A stretch of DNA of 64,000 bases, taken from the NCBI GenBank assembly GCA_030390025.1, contig CM059432.1:40302001-40366000 (forward strand), in the 5' to 3' direction. Positions 26,410 through 39,211 of this stretch are shown in pieces. The stretch is from Squalus acanthias. Lineage: Eukaryota. Position numbers and translations under genes: made by a program. The notes beneath the pieces are model-generated. The model was given only the letters and a program-made list of their open reading frames with translations, did not search any database and was not told where the DNA came from. Position 1 is the stretch's first letter; each line of letters opens with the position of its first letter.

Positions 26410-28132
26410 CTGAGTGAATTTGCTGGAAGAGAGAGGACAGAAAATGCCAGACAACTGTGGAATGAATTCCTCTGAGCAGGGGTTGTATTACTGCCATAAG
26501 ATGCAACTGGAAACTTTAGCAGACCAAAGTTTAATTTTAGAAAAAAAACCTACAGCAATGCATCATGTAGTGTTTTGGATTTGTTTTAAAGAGTGAGCAA
26601 GCTGGGAGCTGGCTCCAGAACAACACTTCGCTTCTGCCTAAGAGACCAATGTGTTGGGACTATCTGGGGGAAGGGAAATGTACACTTTTTAACAAAAGCC
26701 AGTGAAGTCTATTGATAACGGATTTTCTGTTCAGATGCACAGTAAGAAAGGCAGCTTGTGCCAATCCATTTAAAATACAGTGGTTTTATTCAGAAAGAAA
26801 TGTGCATGCCTATTAATTCTGTTCTGGAGTGGAAGACCAGTAAAGATGTGATTTCATCAGAAAGCCATTACTTTTGGCAGAAAGTTGCATGAAACTCAAC
26901 TGCTGTGAAATTATGCACTGTAGATGAGAACATGATTAAAACAATGAGGGATCACATGTTGCCCTTTCAAGTTTAAAATGGGGTGGGGGACAAAGATACA
27001 TTCTACAATATACTAGCTTACATCCATCTTTCCCTTCCCAATATTTAACAGTTAAGCATGTTGTAGAAGAACCCCATTCATCACTGATGGATGTCTTTAC
27101 ATACAATCTTAAACTACCCACTGAATGACACACATACTCACTTACATGCAGTATCAGTAAATATAGGCAAACCTTAAGTAAATCTACTTTTCTGCCACAT
27201 TCCGTGACTTGTAGAAGGAACTTGAAACAATTTTTATGCATGCTGGCATTGTAGTTAACTGTACATAGTGTGAACAGTTTGTACTTTATTTTTTTAAATG
27301 CAGAGCTATGGTCTTTGGACCTGCACTGGTGCTGTTTTCCTCTTTCAGGGTGGTTAAATCCTGGACCCTAAACTAACCAGATGATCAAATGGGGTAGTGA
27401 GCTCTTGCTGATGGAGCCTTAATCTGCAAACATGTGCTGTGCAGATAAGTGAGCAGGGAGTTCTTAGTTTGGGCTCTGGTTTGTATATACTGCAGTCTAA
27501 ATGGGACCATGTACAATAAGATGTTATATAGTTAGTATATAAACTTTAAGCAGTTCACAGCAATTCATGCCTCACCCAGCTGGATTATACAACTGAAAAA
27601 AATGAAATCTCACTGCCAAAGAGAAACCTACATGAATTTAATGTATTACTGTAAATAGCATTGTAAAAATGTACAGGAAATTACATGGCTACTGATGCAT
27701 AGCTATCCAACACCACTATAAAAATACAATATAATATTTTCAATGGTCTACAAAAATATGAACAAAGTGTAAGCTACATACCAGTTGGATATCTTTACAT
27801 GCCCATGTGTTAAGACCAGAACTATGAAAAAAATACTCGGTGCTGTGAATTAAATTTTTTAAAATTTGCAATTGAACTGTTTAATTTGCATTTTTCACAT
27901 CTACATTGTAGACAGAAATACTATACAGAAAGAAAGTCACCAGACAGCCAAAAGCAAAACCATGTTTCATATTGACCAAGAAAACATTTTTCCTTCAAAT
28001 ACTGCTCAACAACAAACTTGCTCCAGCCAAATATCTTAACTGAATTATTCATAAATACCAAAAGAAATGATAGCAAATCTTCTGACCATATTACCTATGG
28101 ATATTTCCAGGGTTTGCATCTAACTTATGGTG

Positions 28133-28249
28133 TTAAAAGTAAAGTTTTGCCATGGCTTGTAGGAACTTCTTTTTCCTCTTCTGAGCTGCTAGATGTAAAA
28201 CCTCGTCGGGGTTACTTGAGTTGAGCTCAGATTGGCCAATTGCTTTGAT
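28133..28249 (-). CDS. INTS8: Integrator complex subunit 8, last coding exon
   Basis: ttcctag|IKAIGQSELNSSNPDEVLHLAAQKRKKKFLQAMAKLYF*; matches the recalled vertebrate INTS8 C-terminus; adjacent to CCNE2 as in human. Confidence 0.95.
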   Translation of the reverse strand: MKAIGQSELNSSNPDEVLHLAAQKRKKKFLQAMAKLYF

Positions 28250-29014
28250 CTAGGAAAGATTTTTAAAAAGAAGAAAAATGTAAAGATGCTATATCATTAA
28301 ACAGCAGACAACTTACTGTGCGGTGAATGATGCTCAGGTTATTTCAGCCTCACTGCAAGAAAATGTGTGCCATGTCATTGCACACCTGCACAATGGAGGC
28401 TTACTTACAGGACATTTTAAATTTGCAATGTCAAAGTAAATTTTAAAATAATTCTTGGATGTAGAATTACTAATTTGATGAAGCTTCAACTGAAGGAAAG
28501 AAGTTTAGATGCTGTTGACTTGTGTGCAGGAAGCAAAGGTGTCTAGATTTTTCTTACTATTAAAAGGTGAGAAATATCAGTACTAAAGCAAGGGACTTTT
28601 CTGAGGTATAGTATGAGGGGTTGATGCAGAGCAGGATCCAAGCCTGACCAAAAACACATCTACTGCACAGAGGTGATATTTCCATTTCACACACCAGCCA
28701 TCCTTAGAGACTCTAGTAAATTCTGGGGTTTGTTTTGTGTGCTCATGTGCACTAGGAAGTTAGGTAAGTCACCCAAACTTATTTGATATAGAACCCATAC
28801 CACTCAGAAAACATTTTTCACTCCTTTCTCAGAGCTAAGTATTTAAAGTTTAAAAAAAAAGATAGAAAAGCATAGCAGAGAAATAGATCCAGACTGAGTA
28901 TTGATATTGAATGCCTGAGTTGTATCTATGAGATGTGTTTGAAGTCTTGAACCACTTCCTAATGGGCGAGAGCCCACAGCACAAAACTGCTTATAATCTG
29001 ATATGAAATCAGAG

Positions 29015-29340
29015 AGGCCATGAGGTTCTTCGACAGCACCTCCCAAACCCACGCTCTCTACCAACTAGAAGGACAAGGGCAGCAGGCGCTTGGGAACACC
29101 ATTACCTCAAGTTCCCCTCCAAGTCACACACCATCCTGATTTGGAAATATATCGCATTCCTTCATCGTTGCTGGGTCAAAATCCTGGAACTCCCTACTGA
29201 ACAGCACTGTGGGAATACCTTCACCACATGGACTGCAGCGGTTCAAGAAGGCAGCTCACCCCCATCTTCTCAAGGGCAATCAGGGATGGGCAATAAATAC
29301 TGGCCTTGCCAGCAACACTCATCCCATGAATAAAAAAAAT
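29015..29340 (+). mobile_element. HER1-like LINE 3' fragment
   Basis: Same tail as 6230-6560, ending in an A-rich tract. Confidence 0.75.
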
Positions 29341-29539
29341 CTGCCATGCTTCTGCCGATTTCACCATCCTGTCTACATCATCCTGAAGTCTACAACTATC
29401 CTCATCACTATCTACTACGTTATCAAGTTTCGTATCATCTGTAAACTTTATTAATGCTGCTCCCTACACCCAAGTCTAGGCCGTTTATAAAAATTAGAGT
29501 AGTGGACCCACAACTGATCCTTGGGGAACATCTGTACTA

Positions 29540-30695
29540 CATTTCCTCCCACCCCGCTTCCTGTAAGGACTCTATTCCATTCTCCCTGTTTCTGTCTCTG
29601 TCGCATCTGTTCCGACGATGCCACATTCCATACTAGTGCTTCTGATATGTCTTCCTTTTTCCTCAACCAAGGATTCCCCTCTACCATGGGTGACATGGCC
29701 CTTGACCATGTCCGTTCCATTCCCCACACATCTGCTCTCGCTCCTTCCCCTCCCTCCCAGAACCACAATAGGGTTCCCCTTGTCCTCACCTTTCACCCCA
29801 CCAGTCTCCACATTCAACGGATCATCCTCCGGCGTGATCCCACTACCAAGCACATCTCCCCTTTCAGCATTCCAAAGGGACCGTTCCCTCAGCCCTGGTC
29901 CAGTCCTCAATCACCCCTAACTCCCCTCCCCTTCCCATGCAAGCACAGGAGATGCAATATCTGCCCTTTTAACTCCTCCCTTCCCACCGTCCAGGGCCCC
30001 AAACACCCCTTTCAGGTGAAACAGCGATTTACTTGTACTTCTTGCAATTTAGTATACTGTATTCGCTGCTCACAATGCGGTCTCCTCTACATTGGGGAGA
30101 CCAAACACAGATTGGGTGACCGCTTTGTGGAACACCTCCGTTCAGTCCACAAACATGACCCCGAACTTCCAGTTGCCTGTCATTTTAATACTCCGCTCCA
30201 ATCCCTCTCTGTCCTCAGCCTATTAGTGTTCCACCGAAGCTCAACGGAAATCCGCGGAACAGCACCTCATCTTTCAATTAGGCACTTTACAGCCTTCTGG
30301 ACTCAACATCGAGTTCAACAATTTCAGACCATAACCTCTGCCCCATTTTTTCAGATGGTAGCTGTTGATGATTCTGCTATTCCCATTTACACCTCTTCTA
30401 AACCCATCTTTTGTTTCTTTACTTGTCCCATTACCATCTCCTTTTGCGTTGCACCATCATCCCTTTTGACATTTAATCTCTCCTGCCTTCCACCCTATCA
30501 TAGACCTTTCCCTTTTGTTCTTTCCTCCCCTCCTCTCTTTCCCTGCCCCTGCACTTGCTTAAAATCTGCTATATCTCTATAACTTATTCCAGTTCTGACG
30601 AAAGGTCATTGACCTGAAACGTTAACTCTGTTTCTCTCCCCACAGATGCTGCCTGACCTGCTGAGTATTTCTAGCATTTTCTGTTTTTATTTCAA
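29540..30695 (+). mobile_element. Penelope-like retroelement, 5'-truncated (RT C-terminus, GIY-YIG endonuclease, terminal repeat)
   Basis: ORF 29521-30582 contains RICSDDATFH, CKHRRCNICP and NLVYCIRCSQCGLLYIGETKHRLGDRFVEH (GIY-YIG with CCHH-type cysteines). Confidence 0.9.
30591..30627 (+). ncRNA. Minimal type I hammerhead ribozyme motif in PLE terminus
   Basis: AGTT-CTGACGA-A-AGGTC(att)GACCT-GAAA-CGTT-AACT: core CUGANGA and GAAA, stem II, stem I AGTT/AACT, palindromic ACGT in place of stem III. Confidence 0.75.
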
Positions 30696-31714
30696 TATAA
30701 AACATGTTGTACAAAACTTTTTTTTTTTTTAAAAAGCATCACCAGGGTTTACATGACAATTAGGAGGATAAGTCAGGTTAAAAAACTTAGAAGTGCATTT
30801 GTATAAGCTAAACCATTGGTGCAGAATGCAAGGGGTTCAGTGGGATGAATGTAGGAAAATGCAGAAACACAGTAAAGTGTGATCAGAGAACTAGAAAAAA
30901 AGCATAGCAAGCAGAAGCTAAACATAGTTAAAAACAAATCTTTTTGTATTATAACAGTAAGAGGGCAGTCATAGAAGAGTTGAAAACCATTAAAGATGCA
31001 AAACAGGATGAGCACAAGGCTGTACATATTCTGAATAGTTACTTCCTCAAGTATTCACAACAGAAGACATGAACAATATGGTCTCCCTAAACACACATAG
31101 CCCAAGTAAAATCAATACCTTTAATATAAAAGGGCTTACAACAAATCACCAGGAACTGATGTTATTTATCCGAGTGCTAAAAGAAACTAGGGAGATTTGC
31201 AATGCACTGACAACTATTATGAGGGAATCATTGGATACTGGAAAGTTAGATGTGGATCCGAAACAATGTGGTGCCCATATTCAAAAAGGACAACACTGGT
31301 AACTAAAGACCTATTAATCTCACTTCCATACTGCGCAAAATGTTAGAATCAATGAGGGGCAAACATGAGGATTATCTACAATAACCTTGTAAACAATTGA
31401 AAAAATTGACTCAGATGGGGAAGATCCTGTCTTACCAACTTCCTTGACTTCTTTGAGGAAGTGACAACCCAAGTGGACTGGAAAGTCCTAGGACATGTTG
31501 TACCTAGACTTCTGATAAAGTTCCATACAAAAGGCTACTAGTCAAACAAAGTATGGGGATTCAGGGTAAACCACATGCAGCAATTCCTATCTGCAACTTG
31601 CAATAATTGTTTGTGCATGTTGTCCACAGAACCTAGTAAGTCAAGTTATACACCTATGGCGTGTGGAGAAATCAGAATGAAGAATGCAATACACCAGTCA
31701 TGCTTGCAACTTAC

Positions 31715-31758
31715 TGCTATTTGCCGTTTGTCAGTTTCTCCTCTTTTGTGATGAATGT
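31715..31758 (-). CDS. INTS8: INTS8 exon
   Basis: tcatag|(H)IHHKRGETDKRQIA|gtaagt; 44 bp; preceded by U12-type branch site TCCTTGAC. Confidence 0.93.
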
Positions 31759-32359
31759 CTATGAAAATTGTCAAGGAGATTTTCCATTACATGGTTACAA
31801 ACATCAGTACTCACATGGCTAAGTCAATTTTAAGGGCTGTGTTAACTTTCAATAATCATTCACTACCAGCAAAAGTAAACACAAGTACAAAGCGAGGACA
31901 ACTTTATATATACATTTTTACTAAATTTAGTAATTATTTTTTTTGCAGCTTGTTTTTGTCTCAAAGTTAAAACCAAACTGCAATCACAACCTGGGGTCAC
32001 TTAGACATTTATCTGTGCAGTGACTTTGTAATCTTCCAAAAATATTCAAATGTAATTTTTTTTGTTTCAATTTGGACCAACATCTTTGCCTCCAAAACAC
32101 TGAAACTAACTGGTTACAGTTCAATGGAAAACATTCAAGATGTTTTACTCTCAATGACTCCTTCATTATACTTGTAGCTGTTAATTTAAAATAAAGTGGT
32201 GTGAAAATGCAATTTTAAAGGACACCTTTGCAGTTACACAATTCCAGACCCCTCCTGCCTTTCTTGTCCAGATAAATTCTTTGCTGTCATCCAATTTCGT
32301 GTCCCAATCAAGAACTAATGGTAAGAAGAGTCAGGCAGCCCTGCAGCAAACCTGCAATC

Positions 32360-33640
32360 TACAGAAAGGAGGGAAGAGAGAAAACAGGGAACTACAGGCC
32401 AGTTAGCCTGACATCAGTCGTCGGGAAAATGGCAGAATCCATTATTAAGGAAGTGGTAACAAGGTAAAGGAGAACCAGTGGATATAGTATATTTGGATTT
32501 CCAAAAGGCATTTGATAAGGTACCATATAAAAGTTTGTTACGCAAGATAAGGGCTCATGGGGTTGGGGGTAATGTATTAGCATGGATAGCGAATTGGTTA
32601 GTGGACAGAAAACAGTAAGGATAAATGGGTCATTTTCAGGTTGGCAGGCTGTAACTAGTGGGGTGCCACAAGGATCAGTGCTTGGGCCTCAGCTATTTAC
32701 AATCTATATTAATGACTTAAAGATGAAGGAACATAGTGTAATCTATCCAAGTTTGCTGACGATACAAAGCTAGGTGGGAAAGTAAGCTGTGAGGAGGACA
32801 CAAAGAGCCTGCAAAGGGATATAGACAGGTTAAGTAAGTGGGCAATAAGGTGGCAGATGGAGTATAATGTGGGTAAATGTGAGGTTATTCACTTTGGGAG
32901 GAAGAATAGGAAAACAGAATATGTTTTTAAATGGTGATAAACTATTAAATGTTGGTGTGCAGAGAGATTTAGGTGTACTAGTACAAGAAACTGAGAGTTA
33001 GCGTGCAAGTACAGCAAGCAATTATGAAGGCAAATGGCATGTTGGCCTTTATTGGAAGGGAGTTGGAGTGCAAGAGTAAGGAGGTCTTGCTACAATTGAG
33101 ACCACACCTGAAATACTGTGCACAGTTTTGGTCTCCTTATCTAAGGAAGGATATACTTGCCTTAGAGGCAGTTCAACGAAGGTTCACTAGAATGATTCCT
33201 GGGATGAGAGGGTTGTCCTATGAGGAGAGATTGAGCTTATACTCTCTGGAGTTTAGAAGAATGAGAGGTAATCTCATTGAGACATACAAGATTGGATTTA
33301 CAGGATAGATGCTGAGAGATGGTTTCCCCTGCCTGGAGAGTCTGGAACTAAGGGGCATAGTCTCAGGATAAGGGGTTGGCCTTTTAATACGGAGAGGAGG
33401 AGAAATTTCTTCACTCTGAGTGTTGTGAATCTTTGGAATTCTCTACCCAAAAGGGCTGTGGATGCTCAGTCGTTGGGATAGATAGATTGATTTTTGGACA
33501 CTAGGAGAAATCAAGGGATATGGGGATCAGGCGGGAAAGTGGAGTTGAGGTCAAAGATCAGCCATGATCTTATTGAATGGCAGAGCAGGCTCAAGGGGTC
33601 TTATTGCCTACTCTTGCTCCTAATTCTTATTTTCTTATGC
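32360..33640 (+). mobile_element. CR1 LINE 3' portion
   Basis: [20 protein letters not shown] and RPHLKYCAQFWSP; CR1 tail. Confidence 0.88.
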
Positions 33641-34164
33641 ACAGACTGTGAATCAAATTCTCACCTGTTTAAGTACAGTTTAAATTTAAAGAAAGATCAA
33701 GTACTTATATTCAAGTTGCTACTGGATGGCAAGGCACCTCCAAAGTCAGTGGAAACAATGAATATAAATCACCCTAATATAAACTAGACGGCTTCCACAG
33801 AAGGTGGTATTGGTAACTGCTTCAGGAAGCAGCTCTTCAATATAAATAATACTGTATGTCCCATACCAAGGCGGCTTGAAATCCTGTGAAGCTTTATAAC
33901 AATATTGGGGGCAACAATCTGTAACTAGCTTAAGTTTTGAATATTTTGAAAATGCAGGAGAGAGCAGACACTTATCTTTCTTTTTACATCACATATATAA
34001 ACTATTACATTTAAACACATATATATAAAATTATAAAATATATATTTAAAGTTTTGAGATGCACCTATATCACATGCACATTTCTGTGTCATCCTTAAAG
34101 CACATAAATTAAAACCAGCCTAACCTCTAATTAACCCAAGGGTCTAAAAAGAGCATCAAAAAAC

Positions 34165-35522
34165 AAAGACTTGCATTATTATTGCATCTCACAACCTCAA
34201 GCACTTCACAGCCAATTAAGTAATTTTTAAGTGTAGTCACTGTTGAAATGTCGGAAACGCGGCAGCCAATTTACGCAAAGCAAGCTCCCACAAACAGCAA
34301 TGTGATAATGACCAGATAATGGGGGAGAAATTCAGTATCGCCCCATTTGGGGCGCAATTATCGACCGGGCGCAAAGATTAGCGCCTGGCGCTAATTATCG
34401 CCTCCGACTGCAAACTTGACTTTTATCATCCCTGGAGGTGATTGGAGCGCTAAATCAGGCGCTTCACATCTGTCTTAAGGCGCAAAGGCCGAGGAGCGAG
34501 GCGCTACCTCAGAGCGCTGGCAAAGCTCATGTGATGTCAGTCAGCAATGGAACACAGACACAATGGCGCCGGCCAGTTCTTAAAGGGGAGGGTTGATCTT
34601 GCTCTCCATCCACATCCTGCTCATTGCAGCCTTGAATCTCGGCCTGGAGAGACCTGTACATCAAATCTGCTGGAAAGAAAAATGGAGAGTACCAGGGAAA
34701 GAGGCCAGAGTGCAGCCCCCACAGTCTCTTCTAAATCGATACAAGGAAGGGCAAATCAAAATGAACCTGCAAAGTGCTGCTCAGTACCCAAAACTCCTTC
34801 ACACAGCGTTGAATCTCTCCAGAAGTCTCTCTCTCTCTCTCTCTCTCTCTCTAACAGAATGCGTGGTTCAAAAATGTCACCAACAATAAAAGGCAGGAAG
34901 CAGTCGCCTTTAAATAGCGCTCCCCCAGTCCCTTCTTGACTGTAAAATGCTCCCCTCAACCTGCCGTTGCTAGCGGCAGGCGGTAAGGCAGGGGGCGCCA
35001 CTCAATATCCGCTCCGGGGCGATACCGGGGCGTTGCGCACTCGACTGACGTCACGATCTGCCGGCGCAGGAGATTGTGGCGGTAGTGTTTAGCGCCGCCG
35101 CAAAATGTCTAGTTAATTTCGCGAGCGGCGCAAACATCGCCGCGCCCGGGCGCTAGCTGCTTTGCGCCCCATTAGCGCTCTCTTAAGGCGCTAACGGGAG
35201 GCGCAACCAACTGAATTTTTCCCCCCCAATATGTTTTAGTGATGTTGGTTGAGGGATAAATATTGATCAGGTCACTGGGGAGAATTCACCTGCTCTTCTT
35301 CAAAATAGTGCCATAGGATCTTTTACGTCCACCCGAGAGGGTAGACAGGGCTTCAGTTTAATGTCTTATCCAAAAGACGACACCTCTAACAGTGCAGCAC
35401 TCCCTCAGTACTGCACTGAAGTGTCAGTCTAGAATATGTGCTCAAGTCTTTGGAGTGGGACTTGAACCCACAACCTTCTGACTCAGAAGTGAGAGTGCTA
35501 CCCACCTGAGCCACAGCTGACA
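34165..35522 (-). mobile_element. DeuSINE-family SINE split by a MITE
   Basis: Halves 34165-34320 and 35228-35522 join into the same sequence as 8905-9282; tRNA-like head with box B (gggttcaagtcc) on the - strand. Confidence 0.78.
34321..35227. mobile_element. Non-autonomous DNA transposon (MITE), CpG-rich, probably PIF/Harbinger-type
   Basis: TIRs GGGGGAGAAATTCAGT / ACTGAATTTTTCCCCC; 3-bp AAT duplication at 34318-34320 and 35228-35230; internal (CT)n at 34826-34852. Confidence 0.8.
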
Positions 35523-38153
35523 TCAGCCTCTAACTGACCCAAGGAAAGCACAATAATTACTCCTAATGGCCTTAAAGCGACACACCAAGTTACACACTTC
35601 AGTATCAGAATAATATATTGTGTGTTACATGGCACAATGTTCCTGCCCTTATGAAGCAGCGTGTCCTCCTCCATACAGTGTGTACTGTGGTGAGAAATCC
35701 ATTGGTACTGTTCAATACATTAATACGAAGCACAACTTATTTGGTAATCTACTCAGTTAATCATACTTGTGTGTTTTAAAAAAAAATTAACCAAAACTGG
35801 TGCAAAATTCTAAAGAAAACAAACTCGTACATAAAAGCCTGTAACTGAAAGCACCTGACACCCCTTTTGAATGGAACTGTTCTGGGCAATTTATTCTATT
35901 TTGCCTTTTAAAATTTTATTCCACTGATAGTTATGAGAGAAAAGACCCATACTTGCCTAATGGACCCATTAGAGGTTCTCTCTTCTGGGGCAAATAATAC
36001 AAACAAAGAATCAAAATAAATATTTTACACAAACCGTGTGTAATAGCCAAATTAAAGTCAGTTTTGAAGTGCCTAACCATCATGAATTAACAACAGGCAA
36101 AAAATTAACATTTTAACTTCAAAATAGAACACTGCGGAGATTATATTCCTTTATATGGGGAACAACCTGCCTTGAACACACTCTAATTTTAAAGAATTCT
36201 GGGATCTTTTGAGAAATAAGATGATTTCAAATTGATTTTGAACTCTGGCAACAATTGAAATATTAAAGCCCAGAATGAATTTCCACATTCAAAATTACAT
36301 ACATACATAGGATATACGGCACAGAAACAGGCCATTCGGCCCAACCAGTCCATGCCGGCGTTTATGCTCCACTAGAGCCTCCTCCCGTCTTTCCTCATCT
36401 AAATCTATAACCCTCTATTCCCTTCTCCCTCATATGCTTATCTAACCGCCCCTTAAATGCATCTATACTATTCACTTCAACCACTTCCTGTGGTAGCGAG
36501 TTCCACATTCTCACCACTCTCTGGGTTGCTATTCAGCATTCAGTCCCAGTTAGTTATAGCAAAACACTATCCATAATTTATTGAGTATCAAACAAGAAAT
36601 GACATCAGTTTTCATGCAAATTTAATCTGCATCCATTTTATTTTTGGTTCATGAAACCAGAGTGGTTATACTGCGCAGCACCTTTATTGAACAGGAAGGA
36701 GAAAGAAAGCATGCCCGTCAATGTCTAATTGCTCTTGTTCTCCCTTATCCAGCTCTTCCTTTTATATAGTGGATTTTACACAACCCACCCAGTACACAAA
36801 CCGCTTCAGTACTGACAGGCAACATTTGAACTAAAGGAGAAACAAAATGGACATGTAGAGATATTTTTAAAAATTCTCCCCTGCTCTTTATTTAAAAACC
36901 TCACTAGCTAGTAAAGTAGCAGCGAGCACGTCAAGTGGAAAAAGACACCGCAGAAGGTAAGCTGGGTAAGAAAGGGCAAGAGCAGTCAGGTCAACGTTGG
37001 TCATGTTCTTGAGCAAGTGGGATTTCTCAATGAAGCTGTGCTGCCTGTTTACTCTACAACTCCAATAACCTAGACTGTGCAACAAGAGCTAAAAATGAAT
37101 TGATGATTTGAGAATCTGCTAGGTAACACTTATCCAGTATATAAAATAGAAAAAGAATGAACTTTATATGTACTTTTCATATCCTCAGGACATCCCAAAG
37201 GACTTAACAGCAAAATGGAAGGAAAAGGATGAAATGGCATAAAAATCAGATATCCTTTTTGCATACTAACTGAGTTACAAGAGCAGTTACATAGTTTTTG
37301 GGAAAAAAATCGCCATGTTTCAGCAAGGAGGGAAGAAAGAATCAGATAACATCAACCATGCAAGGCATGATGTTTCCAATAGTGTATTAGTGTATGCTGG
37401 TGTATAACGAATAATGTCTTATTTTAAACAGTCAAGTGTAGAAATTTACAGTTGAAAACTTATATAAATCTAAACTCACTTTTCCCCCTTGACATTTTTA
37501 AAAAACTATTTGGTGTGATGATATGACTGCTGACAGTGGAACAACTTCCAGTGCCTGCATGGTGAAAAAAATCTGAAAAAAAAACATTCTCAGAAATGAA
37601 ACTGCAGGTAAGCAGGCTACTGCTTTTGTGTCTTACATTTCCTCAATGAAAATCAAAATTAGAATGAGGAAAGTGACTAAAATTTCTGATTTTGCAATAA
37701 ATACTGAAATCCTGTGAGGTTTTAAGTAAAGAAATGAATTTTGTTGGTGACCCAACAAGTATTTCCTGTTGAAAACATCTGGATAAACAAAATTTAACAA
37801 CGAGGACTTTACAAAATTTGCGTGGATAAACAAACAGCAATTAAACACATCCCTTTCTAGAAAAAAAATCACAACTAAGTTTCTCTTTCCACTCCCTTCT
37901 CCCCTGCCCTCATCAGAGCACGGGAACGTACATGTACACGAGATGTCGACATATGTGTACACATGTATATGTATACTCTCTGCACCATGCATGATAAAGG
38001 AAAGGATGGAAGTTTTAGATTTCAGGTGCTTAAATTGGACTAATTTGGATTCCAAGCAGTTCTTCCAAGTGGTGGAGAAGGCTGTCCTGCTGGGTTATAT
38101 AGAGGTTAGTGATCTCACAAAACAATTACACTAAGACAATTATAAAAAGATAC

Positions 38154-38218
38154 GTGTCAAATATTCCAAGATAGTGATGTCCCAGATGTAGTCATAGTAG
38201 GAGTCCATTGCATCGTGA
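38154..38218 (-). CDS. INTS8: INTS8 exon
   Basis: tttcag|(S)HDAMDSYYDYIWDITILEYLT|gtatcttt; 65 bp. Confidence 0.94.
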
Positions 38219-39137
38219 CTGAAATTAGAAATGAAAACACAAGTTAGGAACTGTACATATAACTTTCACATTAAAGTTTGATTTCTGTCTCTTAGCAGGT
38301 TTTTCCTCATTCTTCAAATGACATCATCTTCTGCATACTGATCAATAAGCTTAGTTGTCTAATGGGAAAAAAAAATCAGAAATATGAACATGTTCGCAGG
38401 ACACCATCTCAAATTCCTGTTGTTACACAAGTGAATCCTAAAATGGCTGACAATCGGCTGAAAGAAAGAAAGCTTCAAGAGCTGCATTATGATGCTGGAT
38501 GGAACTTGGCAGTCCAGACTTTAACCTCAGATTCAAATACTGCAAGTAGTCTGAAACAGAGGATTAGCTTCCCTTGAAGATACCTGCTGGCTCCATCTGT
38601 GGACAAGATAGCCAATCTCAGCTTGGAGTGGTAGGGCCCTCATTCTAGGAAGGGGAAAATTGGTCAAGATTCCTGCTTCTCCCCCCCCACCCACTGTTGC
38701 AAATCTATATATTTGCATGTTTAAGCAACATTAACAGGTGAGTTAATAAAGGGCTACCAAAGCCAATGGAACTATACCCTAACATGAGGTACCATCTCAG
38801 GGGAGGAGCGAAGAAAAGGAAAATATAGTAGGTGGAGGGGAACAAAAAGAAAATGAAGGCCAACTGACGATGCTTTACCTAAATGATTTCTGGAAAACTA
38901 TGGCATTGCTTGGCATGATGCAAAACTTCGTAATTAGCTTCAGATGTGGAACCACTGAAGATTAGAGAAAAGAACAAAGTAGCAACCCTACATACAGTAT
39001 GCAAAAAAGGGGCATTGTAACCATGACATCCAAACATTTTACAGGACACTGAGCCAACAATTTTGCCTGACTTTATTCATCAATCTATTGATAACAAGTG
39101 AGAAGATCATTTATTATTGCATTTGGGTATACTGTAC

Positions 39138-39211
39138 CTGTTTTGCTCCTGTAAAGCTTTGAAGGCAGTCATATAATCCACCTCTCTGAGGAATTGACAC
39201 AAAATTGCCAC
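39138..39211 (-). CDS. INTS8: INTS8 exon
   Basis: taacag|VAILCQFLREVDYMTAFKALQEQN(S)|gtacag; 74 bp. Confidence 0.94.

Larger units (their letters stand above)
31759..38153 (-). other. U12-type (minor spliceosome) GT-AG intron of INTS8
   Basis: 5' splice site GTATCTTT; branch site TCCTTGAC (31770-31777) 11 nt before the exon; no long polypyrimidine tract. Confidence 0.85.

Noticed and set aside
29521..30582. 353-aa ORF, the longest in the window, as a novel nuclease gene
   Set aside because: It is a truncated PLE: the start lies outside the element and the C-terminal third is out-of-frame read-through compared with the copy at 49010-49201.
38219..38250. TTCCTAAC near the acceptor suggesting a second U12 intron
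   Set aside because: The matching donor at 39137 is GTACAG (U2-type) and a normal pyrimidine tract is present.
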